From Myxococcota bacterium (GTDB taxonomy: Bacteria > Myxococcota_A > Polyangia > Nannocystales > Nannocystaceae): DNA of 64,000 bases. Of this stretch, positions 18,700-27,323 are shown in pieces; position 1 is the stretch's first letter, and each line of letters starts with the position of its first letter. The notes below the pieces were generated by a model. It was not told the origin of the DNA. It searched no databases and was given only the letters and a program-made list of their open reading frames with translations. A program made the translations under genes and the position numbers. Location of the stretch: NCBI GenBank assembly GCA_039028615.1, contig JBCCHT010000024.1, positions 32,001 through 96,000 of the forward strand, read 5' to 3'.

Positions 18700-21600
18700 C
18701 TGACGGAGGATCCCCTCGTTCCGCGGAGGCGCGTGAGGCCCGAGGCGATGCGGATCCGGCAGGGATGGCTTCAGGTGCGCCCCCGCCGGGGCCTGCTAAA
18801 CTCCCTGCCGGCGGAAGAGGTCCCCCTCAGGTCGTGAATTCCGAGTTCGATGAATCGCAAGACCTGGTAGAGACGCGGACCGGAGCCACCCCGTCCGCTC
18901 GCAAGGGCTCGCGGCGGCGCTCCGATGCGCTCGTACCCGGTATGCCGCTCGGTCGGTACACCATCCTCACCACCATCGGGGCGGGGGGCATGGGGGTCGT
19001 CTACGCTGCGTACGATCCCAATCTCGATCGCAAGGTCGCGATCAAGGTGCTCGGCTCCGAAGACAGTGACGCGGCCGCCCGGGCTCGGCTGGTTCGCGAG
19101 GGGCAGGCGCTCGCTCGGCTGACACATCCGAACGTGGTCACCGTGCACGAGGTCGGCGAGGTCGACGGGCGGGTGTTCCTCGCGATGGAGTATGTGCGGG
19201 GCTCGTCGCTCCTGGAGTGGCTGGCCGAGCGCCCCGACCCGGCGACGCGCCGCAAGGACGGCATCGCCGATCTGTTGCTGCAGGCGGGGGCGGGGCTCGA
19301 GGCAGCCCATCGCGCGGGGCTCATCCACCGCGACTTCAAGCCGGGCAACGTCATGGTCGGCGACGACGGGCGCGCCCGCGTGGTGGACTTCGGCCTGGCG
19401 CGGGCGGCCGAGAATGAAGGCATCCCGTTCGTCACCATCTCGAACTCCGAGCCGAGGTCGCCCGGATCCGGCGAACTCACGGCTACGGGCAAGGTGGTGG
19501 GCTCGCTGAAGTACATGGCGCCCGAGCAGTACGCCGGAGAGCGCCTCGACGCGCGCTGCGATCAGTTCTCGTTCTGCCTGGTGGTTCACGAGGCGCTGGC
19601 CGGGGTCTACCCCTTCACCGGGCGCACGCCCTTCGAGCTTCGCGAGGCGATGGAAGAGCGGAGCATCGAGCCGCCCTCGGCCGTCGACATGCCGGCGTCG
19701 TTGTGGAAGGCGGTCGAGCGCGGTTGTGCGTGGAAACCCGCTCGCCGCTTCTCGTCGCTCGAGCCGATCTTGGACGAGCTGCGGGCCTTCGCGGGCATCC
19801 AGCGTATCCGGGACCGCCCCATCTGGCGGGTCGCGGCGGTGTCGCTGGTGGTGGCGGGCGCGGTCGCCTTGGGCTCACGCGTGGCCGCGACCGACGAGGG
19901 CCCGACCTGCGACGACGGGGTGAGCCAGCTCGAAGTCGCCTGGGGAGCCGACCAGCGGGCGAAGGTCGAGGCGGCGCTGAGCAAGCCCGAGCTGAACGTC
20001 TCCGAAGATTCGACCGCGCGGGTGGTGGCGGCCCTCGACGACTACGGGCGGCGGTGGGCCGAGGTCTACGACGACTCATGTCGGGCGACCTGGCATCGCG
20101 GCGAGCAGTCGTCGGCGATGCTCGATCTCCGATCTCGCTGCTTGCGAAAGGCTCGCGCCGGTTTCGGCACGGTGGCCGAGCTGCTCGGCGATGCGGATGC
20201 CAGCCTCGCGGGCGGGCTCGACACGCTGCTCGAGTCGTTGCCATCGCTCCAGCGTTGCGTCAGTGAGACCGAGCTGGCCGCCATCCGGCAGCTCGACGAG
20301 CGGTACCCACCCCCTCCCCAAATCGACGAGTGGGAGCAAAAACTCGCTCGCGCCAACGTCCTGACGGTGGCGGCACGGGATTCCGAAGCCGAAGCGCTGT
20401 GGGCGGAGATCGAAGCGGGGCTGCAGACGCAGCCCTATCTGCCCGTCGAGGTCTCGATGCGGTCCGCTCGCTTGTTTCCGATCGCGATGGATCGCTCCGC
20501 CAAGGCGCGGACGGAGCTCGAGGAGACCTTTGCCGCTGCCCTCGAGACGGACCAGGTGTCGATCGCGATGGAGGTCGCCGCCCTGGGGGTCGTTCGCTCC
20601 ATTCAGATCGACGAGCGGTCGCAGGCCGAGTTTTGGATGCGCCTGGCCACGAGCCTCATGCAGCGCATCGACGACCCCATGGAGCACATTCGCATGGGGT
20701 TCATTCAGGGGTGGCTCGCCTCCACCGAAGCCCGCTACGACGACGCCAAGGAGCACTTCAATCGGGTCCTGAAGCTGACCGACGAGCATCCGTACCCCGA
20801 CTATCGCTCGCAGGCGCAGCAGGGGTTGGCGAGGATCCTTCGCAGCGAGGGGGCGTTGGTCGAGGCCGAAGCGATGGCCAAGGCCGCGCTGGAGACCATT
20901 CGCAGCAGCTACGCGCCCAACCAACAGATCGTGGCGCAGCAGCTCATGGCCCTGGGGTCGGTGGCTCACGATGCGGGGCGCCACGACGAGGCGCTGGCCT
21001 ATCGGCAGGAGGCGGTGAAGTTGTTTCGCGAGCACGGTCGCGGCGGCATGAATCTCTGCCTCGCGTTGGCGAGCCTCGGCGATTCGTTCCTCGTGCTCGG
21101 GTCCTATCCCGAGGCCCACGCCGCCTATACCGAGGCCAGAGACGAAGCGGCGGTGACCAACGGCCCCGACACGGAGCTGGTGGCCCTGAGCAACGTGGGG
21201 CTCGGCCAGGTGCTCTTCGAGCAGGGGCAGCTCGACGAATCTTGGTCGAACTTGCAGACGGCCTCGCGGCAGTACGAAGCGGCGGTCGGACTCGAGCATC
21301 CCGCCCTGGTCACGCTGCACCTGTCCGAGGGCGCGACCCTGCTCGAGCTCGGTCGCTTCGAAGACGCTGTACGCAAGTACGAGCGGGTGAACGAGCTGGC
21401 GGAGGAGGCCGACTACAAGACGGAGCTGGTGCTCGGCCACCAGGGTCTGGGTCTGGTGTATGAGCGCAAGGGCGAGCTTCCGCGTGCCACGGACTCGCTG
21501 CAGACCTCTCTCGCCGTGCTGGAGAAGATCGGCAGCGGCGGTCCGGGGGTGATCCTCGGGACTCGCCGCGCCCTGGGCGTCGTGCTGTCCAAGCGTGGCG

Positions 21601-21854
21601 AGTGGGCCAAGGCGGTCGAAGTGCTCGAGCCGCTAGTGGCGATGCACGTCGAGCAGGACAACGACCCCGGCGAGCTCACGCTGGCCCGCGGCCTGCTCGG
21701 GTGGGCATTGATCAACGCTGGCCGCGACGAGTCGCGAGGGCGTGCCTTGCTCGACGAGGCGCTGAAGGCTCGCGAAGGTCTGAAGCTGCCCGTCCAGCCC
21801 ATGGCCGCGTTCGAGTGGCTGGTGGCTGCCCAGCGCGAGCGCACCGAGCCCTAG
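18696..21854 (+). CDS. Ser/Thr protein kinase with TM segment and TPR repeats (true start probably downstream, e.g. 18765)
   Basis: IGAGGMGVVY, VAIK, HRDFKPGN, DFGLA, YMAPE, then a TM helix and C-terminal TPR-like repeats. Confidence 0.93.
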   Translation: MTDGGSPRSAEAREARGDADPAGMASGAPPPGPAKLPAGGRGPPQVVNSEFDESQDLVETRTGATPSARKGSRRRSDALVPGMPLGRYTILTTIGAGGMGVVYAAYDPNLDRKVAIKVLGSEDSDAAARARLVREGQALARLTHPNVVTVHEVGEVDGRVFLAMEYVRGSSLLEWLAERPDPATRRKDGIADLLLQAGAGLEAAHRAGLIHRDFKPGNVMVGDDGRARVVDFGLARAAENEGIPFVTISNSEPRSPGSGELTATGKVVGSLKYMAPEQYAGERLDARCDQFSFCLVVHEALAGVYPFTGRTPFELREAMEERSIEPPSAVDMPASLWKAVERGCAWKPARRFSSLEPILDELRAFAGIQRIRDRPIWRVAAVSLVVAGAVALGSRVAATDEGPTCDDGVSQLEVAWGADQRAKVEAALSKPELNVSEDSTARVVAALDDYGRRWAEVYDDSCRATWHRGEQSSAMLDLRSRCLRKARAGFGTVAELLGDADASLAGGLDTLLESLPSLQRCVSETELAAIRQLDERYPPPPQIDEWEQKLARANVLTVAARDSEAEALWAEIEAGLQTQPYLPVEVSMRSARLFPIAMDRSAKARTELEETFAAALETDQVSIAMEVAALGVVRSIQIDERSQAEFWMRLATSLMQRIDDPMEHIRMGFIQGWLASTEARYDDAKEHFNRVLKLTDEHPYPDYRSQAQQGLARILRSEGALVEAEAMAKAALETIRSSYAPNQQIVAQQLMALGSVAHDAGRHDEALAYRQEAVKLFREHGRGGMNLCLALASLGDSFLVLGSYPEAHAAYTEARDEAAVTNGPDTELVALSNVGLGQVLFEQGQLDESWSNLQTASRQYEAAVGLEHPALVTLHLSEGATLLELGRFEDAVRKYERVNELAEEADYKTELVLGHQGLGLVYERKGELPRATDSLQTSLAVLEKIGSGGPGVILGTRRALGVVLSKRGEWAKAVEVLEPLVAMHVEQDNDPGELTLARGLLGWALINAGRDESRGRALLDEALKAREGLKLPVQPMAAFEWLVAAQRERTEP

Positions 21855-23086
21855 AACCCGCGTCGACGACGGAGGCCCGCCACTCCGAGCAGGGCGAGAG
21901 CCATCAGCCACGGCGACGATCGGCGCTCGCTCGGGTCGCTGTTGCACGCACAGCCCTCGCTCGCACCGTCTCCCGTCGCGTTCGGGCCCACGCCCGTGTC
22001 TTCGGCACCGCCCGCGCTCGAGTCGAAGCCGTGCCCGGTCAGGCCTTCGTCAGCGCTTCCCGAACCGCGTGTATCGTCGCCGCTTTCGTCGGCCCCGGGC
22101 ACGGGATCGCCCCAGGGATCACATCGCTCGGAGTCCCAGCGATCGCCGTCATGCTCGCAGACGTAGGGCTGACCTTCGCAGCCGAAGAGCCCCCCCGGAT
22201 TCTCGATCGGGTGGTCGCCCAACACGTCGGCCATGCCCTCGCCAAAGCACTGCTCGGGCCCCTCCCAGAGCACACCGCGGGCGAGGCTCACCACTTCCAT
22301 GCGCGCGCACATCGGTTCATGGGCCCACAAATCGGCCGTGGTTTCCCCTCGGGGAGCGTTGTCGAACTCTTCTCCGTCGGTCCTCACCATGCGCACGACG
22401 ATGTCGGCTTCGACGTGGGACTCGAGCTCGATTGGGGGCAGCTCGCCGTGGACATGCAACGTGCCGCGGTTCACCACCGACGAACACTCGCCTTCGAACC
22501 AGCGCAGCTCGCCACAGTCGTCGAGGCTCGGGTACGCGTCGTCGCAGCACACGACCGTATCGAGGTCGTGGGCCTCGGCCACGGACGATTCCTCGCTCAT
22601 GACGGGGTCCTCGAACGCAAGCTCGGGCAGCGGCTCCAAGGTGGTCGTGACGCTGCGGGCCGCTTGCGAGTCGCCGATGCAATGAACGCCCTCCGGATCG
22701 ACCGCGTCCGAGATCGCGTCGTTGTCGATGCCGATGCTGACCGAGTGCTCCGTGCCCGGCGCGAGGGGGGCATTGGGGCGCCACACCACGATGTCGAGGG
22801 CTTCGTCGTACTCGAGGGCCCCGTCGACGGCGCTGGAGTTGGCGAAGACGCGTACGTCCACGAACGGCAGCACCGGTTCCAGACCTGCCGAGCCCCCGTA
22901 TTGCACCGCGTGGAAGCGAATGACCCCATCGGGGGCGAGGGTCGACACGGCGGGCTCGAATTCCTCCAATCCGTTGGAGCAGGAGCACTGATCGAAGGTG
23001 GGGCGACACTGAGTCGATGCCCACGCGGTGGCGGGAACCGAGGCCACGAGGGCCATGACGACGACGACGAGCGAGGGACGGAGCAT
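21851..23086 (-). CDS. secreted MYXO-CTERM sorting-domain protein
   Basis: Signal peptide; C-terminal GCAC + hydrophobic helix + RRRR. Confidence 0.85.
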   Translation of the reverse strand: MLRPSLVVVVMALVASVPATAWASTQCRPTFDQCSCSNGLEEFEPAVSTLAPDGVIRFHAVQYGGSAGLEPVLPFVDVRVFANSSAVDGALEYDEALDIVVWRPNAPLAPGTEHSVSIGIDNDAISDAVDPEGVHCIGDSQAARSVTTTLEPLPELAFEDPVMSEESSVAEAHDLDTVVCCDDAYPSLDDCGELRWFEGECSSVVNRGTLHVHGELPPIELESHVEADIVVRMVRTDGEEFDNAPRGETTADLWAHEPMCARMEVVSLARGVLWEGPEQCFGEGMADVLGDHPIENPGGLFGCEGQPYVCEHDGDRWDSERCDPWGDPVPGADESGDDTRGSGSADEGLTGHGFDSSAGGAEDTGVGPNATGDGASEGCACNSDPSERRSSPWLMALALLGVAGLRRRRGF

Positions 23087-23292
23087 CGGTATCTCGTGGG
23101 TGTCCGCCCGATTGCGTTTCCGTCACGGGCCTACGGCAATGATTCGAAGGGACTCCGCGTGATCGGCTCGGCAACCGCCGACGGCGAGACGGCGACGCAT
23201 GGGAAGGGCGGCCGGTCGACCGGGCGAAACGTCGCGGACCCGTGATCCGATCCTGGCCTCGGGGCTCTACCCGGGCGAAGGACGACATCTCG

Positions 23293-23877
23293 ATGCCCTG
23301 GTCCCACTCCGTCTTCGACACGCTGATCGAGCACTACGTTCGTGAGCTGCAACCTTCTTCGATGCTCGACATCGGTGCCGGGGCCGGAAAGTACGGCGCC
23401 ATGGCGCGGCGGGTGAGCCCGCAGACCTGGACGGTCGGGGTCGAGATGCAATCCGAGTACGTCGAGCACTTCGAGCTCGAGAGCATCTACGACGAGGTGG
23501 TGGTGGGCCGAGCCGAGGACATCTTCTTGGACGAGCCCGACGTGGTGACGGACCTGGTGATCTTCGGCGACAGCATCGAGCACATGCGCAAGTCGGTGGG
23601 CGTCGACTTGTTGCATTACTTCGCCTACCGCAGTCGGTGCATCATCTGTGTGTACCCGACCAAGTACGTGCAGTACTCGCTCGACGGGCGTGCGGCCGAG
23701 GCCCATGTCTCGGTCTGGGGCCCCCAGGATTTCGGGTACTTCGACACCGAGCATCGCGAGCACGAAGGCATGAATCTCGCGCTGGTGACCGGCTTTCTCG
23801 CGGACCCCGAGGCCACGCTGGCCACCGACGGCGCCCAGCCGCTGGGGCCCACCCCCGGGGTCGCCAAGGCCAGCTGA
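23293..23877 (+). CDS. class I SAM-dependent methyltransferase
   Basis: MLDIGAGAGKYG motif I and FGDSIEHM. Confidence 0.82.
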   Translation: MPWSHSVFDTLIEHYVRELQPSSMLDIGAGAGKYGAMARRVSPQTWTVGVEMQSEYVEHFELESIYDEVVVGRAEDIFLDEPDVVTDLVIFGDSIEHMRKSVGVDLLHYFAYRSRCIICVYPTKYVQYSLDGRAAEAHVSVWGPQDFGYFDTEHREHEGMNLALVTGFLADPEATLATDGAQPLGPTPGVAKAS

Positions 23878-23991
23878 CGGCGGCGTGCCCCGCTCGGTCG
23901 ACGCTGAAGCAATCGGGGCAAAACCGGCCGTTTTCCCGCGGTCGGCCCTCTCTTATGCTCCGATTCGCCTGCGGGCCCTCGGAGCCACGTC

Positions 23992-24930
23992 ATGTCCACC
24001 AACGAGATCATCCACGTCTTGGGCGTTCCCATGGATCACGGTGCCGGGCGCCGCGGAGTCGGCATGGGCCCTTCGGCGATACGGGTGGCGGGGCTGCACG
24101 CTCGGCTCGAGCGCCTGGGCTACCGGGTGACCGACCACGGCGATCTCAGCATTCCCGCGCCCGAGACGGAGCCGCACGGGGAGGAGAATGCCAAGTTCCT
24201 GTCGCTCATCACCGCGACCTGCGTCGAGCTGGCCGAGGCCGTGCCCGGGATGTTCGAGGGCAGCGGGCTGCCGCTGGTGCTGGGTGGTGACCACTCGATC
24301 GCGGTGGGGACGATCGCGGGGGTCGCTCAGGAGCTTCATCGTCGCGAGGGCACCACGCCGGAGGGGCCGCCTCCGCTGGGGGTCATTTGGTTCGATGCGC
24401 ACGGCGACATCAACCGCCCCGAGACCTCGCCCAGCGGCAACATTCACGGCATGCCCGTGTCCTGCTTGTTGGGGCAGGGGCCGGCCTCGCTCACCGATTT
24501 GGGTTATCCCGCGCCCAAGGTCACGCCCAAGACCTTCTGCCAGATCGGCCTGCGCGACATCGACGAGGTCGAGCGTCGCCTGCTGCTCGAGTCGGGGATC
24601 CACACCTTCACCATGTCGGACATCGACCGCCGCGGCATGTTCTCCGTGATGGAAGAGGCGTTGCGCCTGGCCACCGACGGCACCTCGATGCTGCACTGCA
24701 GCTTCGACATCGACTCGGTCGATCCGCGCGTGGCTCCGGGCACGGGCACGCCGAAGCTGGGCGGCCTGACCTACCGCGAGGCGCACCTGGCCCTGGAGAT
24801 GATCGCGGAGTCGGGCAAGCTGACCAGCATGGAGATGGTGGAGGTCAACCCCACGCTCGACGACGCCAACAAGACGGCCGAGCTGGCGGTGGAGCTCATC
24901 GGCTCTGCCCTCGGGGCTCGGATTCTCTGA
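23992..24930 (+). CDS. rocF: arginase
   Basis: LGGDHSIA, WFDAHGDIN, SGNIHGMP, SFDIDSVDP, GTGT and EVNP. Confidence 0.95.
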   Translation: MSTNEIIHVLGVPMDHGAGRRGVGMGPSAIRVAGLHARLERLGYRVTDHGDLSIPAPETEPHGEENAKFLSLITATCVELAEAVPGMFEGSGLPLVLGGDHSIAVGTIAGVAQELHRREGTTPEGPPPLGVIWFDAHGDINRPETSPSGNIHGMPVSCLLGQGPASLTDLGYPAPKVTPKTFCQIGLRDIDEVERRLLLESGIHTFTMSDIDRRGMFSVMEEALRLATDGTSMLHCSFDIDSVDPRVAPGTGTPKLGGLTYREAHLALEMIAESGKLTSMEMVEVNPTLDDANKTAELAVELIGSALGARIL

Positions 24931-24954
24931 GCCCCGGGCGTCGGGTCTCGGGCC

Positions 24955-25404
24955 TCAGGCCGCGACCGCGTTCTCCTGGAAGCGGGTCTTTCGCTTGGTC
25001 GCGAAGCGCACGATCACGTAGGCCAGCAGCCCCAGGGGTCCGAGCATCAGCGTCAGGATGAGGCAGGGGACGACGAACAAGTGCGGCACCCCGTGGCGTC
25101 GCGCGTCGCGAGACTCCCACGCGCCGATGAACAGATCGAAGATCAGGTAGTGGATCCAGCCGCCCACCACGTTGTGCGGCACGCTGAAGCCTCGGACCAC
25201 GGCATCGAGGGTCGAGAAGTCGAGGGGCTCGGAGGGGCCGGGGTAGCCGAAGAGCATATAGGCGTAGAGGGGTGCCAGCAGCACCACCGCGATGGGTCCG
25301 TGCACGAGGACGTCGGTCCCGCGCCACCGCGGGGCGACGAGCAGCAGGAGCCAAAAGGGCATGACCGAGGCGTTCGCGATGGAGAAGATCGTGTCGGCGT
25401 TCAT
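24955..25404 (-). CDS. ABA4-like (DUF4281) membrane protein
   Basis: Four hydrophobic segments; GWIHYLIFDLFIGAW and LMLGPLGLL signature. Confidence 0.88.
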   Translation of the reverse strand: MNADTIFSIANASVMPFWLLLLVAPRWRGTDVLVHGPIAVVLLAPLYAYMLFGYPGPSEPLDFSTLDAVVRGFSVPHNVVGGWIHYLIFDLFIGAWESRDARRHGVPHLFVVPCLILTLMLGPLGLLAYVIVRFATKRKTRFQENAVAA

Positions 25405-25747
25405 GATGGGGCGACTTCACCGAAGTCGAACTCGATCTTCCCACGCCTGGTCGAAGGCTGCTGGGCGGCTGCGAACATCGCCCCCAGGCGGCGAAAAACC
25501 GCAGCCTCGGGCCGTTGTCGATGCCGATCGATCGAGCGGCCGAGCAGCGTCGCGCACTCCCGGTTTTCCCTGATCCGCTGGCCCCTTTCGGGCGACCGCC
25601 ATCGGTGGCTTTTGCGTCCTCGGCCACGGCGCCGTGCGGGAGTTGCCGCGGCGCTGGAGCCTCCGGGTACCTTCAGTCGACCACGTTCTCCTACAACGTT
25701 GCGGGATCGTTTTCTTCTCGTCGTCGGCACGTCGTGGGGGTCGTGAC

Positions 25748-25763
25748 TGGCACACCGACTGCA
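25748..25763 (+). promoter_or_regulatory. putative sigma54 (-24/-12) promoter
   Basis: TGGCACACCGACTGCA matches TGGCACG-N4-TTGCW with correct GG/GC spacing, ~125 nt upstream of ATG 25890. Confidence 0.6.
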
Positions 25764-25889
25764 CATTGGTCGCGCGAATCGAACCGAGGGTCCCGGTCCG
25801 TGGTTCGCACGTCTCCCGTGTGCGAGCCAGTCGCGAGTGTTCGTCGGCGAGGCCTGCGGTTCGGCACGCAACGCAAAAGCGAAAACCAC

Positions 25890-27302
25890 ATGATCAACGG
25901 AACTCTCCTCGTTTCCCACCAAGTGTCCTTCCTCGTTCGAATCTCTCCCGCGGCCGCGCTCGGAGCCATGCTCTGGGCTCCGCTGGCCACGGCCCATGCC
26001 GCCACGTTTCATGTCGATGGAGCGGCCGGCTCGGATGCCAATGGCGGCACCTCGGCCGCTCCCTTTGCCACCATTCAACGCGCCATCGACGAAGCCGACG
26101 AGTCCACCACGCCTGGCGCCGACACCATCATCATCGAAGAAGGCACCTATGAAGAAATCCTGACCATCGAAGACGACGACGCGCTGACGCTCCAGGGCAA
26201 CGGTGACGTGATCTTCGACGGTGACGAAGATGCCGACGGCTACTATGGGTTCAACGCCATCATCGTCACGGATACCGACCTGACCCTGGAGCGGATGACC
26301 ATCACCGACGATGCCAACGAGGCGACCTTCCATGTCGACCAGGATGGGGGGGCGCTGACCCTGACCGATGTCGACTTCATCGGCGGCGGGCGCTTCGCGG
26401 TGATGGCCCGCGGCCTCGATGCGCTGACCGTATCCGGCAGCACCTTCACCGGTTTCTACCAGTCGGCCATCGATGCCGAAGCGGACGCGATCACCATCAC
26501 CAACAGCACGCTGTCCGACAACGGCTGGTACGGGCTCTATCTCGGCGGATTCACCACGCTCCAGCTCACCCAGGTCGACGCCGACGACAACGGACAATCG
26601 GGCATCTACATGTCGGCCAGCAGCTCGGAGACGGAGGACGTCACCATTCAGAACAGCAGCTTCGACGGCAACGGGATTCACGGCATCTCGGGCAGTCCCG
26701 ATACGATGACGATCAGCAATACGACCGCGAGCGACAACAACGCGTTCGGCCTGAGCATGTATGTCGATGACCTGACCTTGTCCAATGTCGTCGTCAGCAA
26801 CAACCTGAGCAACTTCATCGGGGGCGAGCTGATCGACATCTCCAACCTGACGGCCAACGCCAATACCTATGCCGGCTTGAGCCTGAGCGCCGACGATGTA
26901 TCCATCTCCTCGTTGACCCTCGACGGCAACGGTAGCTACGGGACGTATATCAGCGGTGGTGCCCACGACTTCGCCAATGTCCAGGCCACGAACAACGTGG
27001 CGGGCGGCGTGTTCATCGACCGCGCCGACGACGTCTCGCTGTCGGCGATGAACATTCAGAGCAACGGGGGCGACGGGCTGTTCATCGACCGCTCGGGTGA
27101 CGTCGTGCTGCAGAACCTCAACGCACCGAACAACGGGGGCGACGGCATCCATGTCGAGGATTCCGGCACGGTCGACCTGTCGGGCGCCAACGCCAACAAC
27201 AACGGCGACGATGGCCTCGAGGTGCTGCGCTCGGGAGCGGTGACCCAGTCGGGCTCGAACTTCAACAACAACGGCGGGGACAACGTCTCCATCGTCCCCT
27301 GA
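25890..27302 (+). CDS. secreted right-handed parallel beta-helix repeat protein (DUF1565-like N-terminus)
   Basis: Signal peptide ending AHA, TFHVD...GSDANGGTSAAPFATIQRAI and many N-G-x-x-G-I PbH1 repeats. Confidence 0.88.
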   Translation: MINGTLLVSHQVSFLVRISPAAALGAMLWAPLATAHAATFHVDGAAGSDANGGTSAAPFATIQRAIDEADESTTPGADTIIIEEGTYEEILTIEDDDALTLQGNGDVIFDGDEDADGYYGFNAIIVTDTDLTLERMTITDDANEATFHVDQDGGALTLTDVDFIGGGRFAVMARGLDALTVSGSTFTGFYQSAIDAEADAITITNSTLSDNGWYGLYLGGFTTLQLTQVDADDNGQSGIYMSASSSETEDVTIQNSSFDGNGIHGISGSPDTMTISNTTASDNNAFGLSMYVDDLTLSNVVVSNNLSNFIGGELIDISNLTANANTYAGLSLSADDVSISSLTLDGNGSYGTYISGGAHDFANVQATNNVAGGVFIDRADDVSLSAMNIQSNGGDGLFIDRSGDVVLQNLNAPNNGGDGIHVEDSGTVDLSGANANNNGDDGLEVLRSGAVTQSGSNFNNNGGDNVSIVP

Positions 27303-27323
27303 GCCGCCGCGGCCGACCCGGCC

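Noticed and set aside
23170..23210. GGCAAC-CGCCG...CGGCG-ACGCA-TGGGAAGG, partly like GEMM or cobalamin riboswitch fragments
   Set aside because: Only short fragments match; the remaining conserved helices are not found.
13081..23929. Identical 15-mer GGGGCAAAACCGGCC in two intergenic regions (13081-13095 and 23915-23929)
   Set aside because: Only two copies, in opposite orientation relative to their downstream genes; matches of this length can arise by chance in 64 kb of GC-rich DNA.
25570..25650. GGCAAC...GAGGACGCAAAAGCCACCG on the minus strand, resembling a c-di-GMP-I (GEMM) riboswitch upstream of the ABA4-like gene
   Set aside because: No GNRA-capped P2 and no downstream strand to close P3/P1; an Infernal search with RF01051 would settle it.
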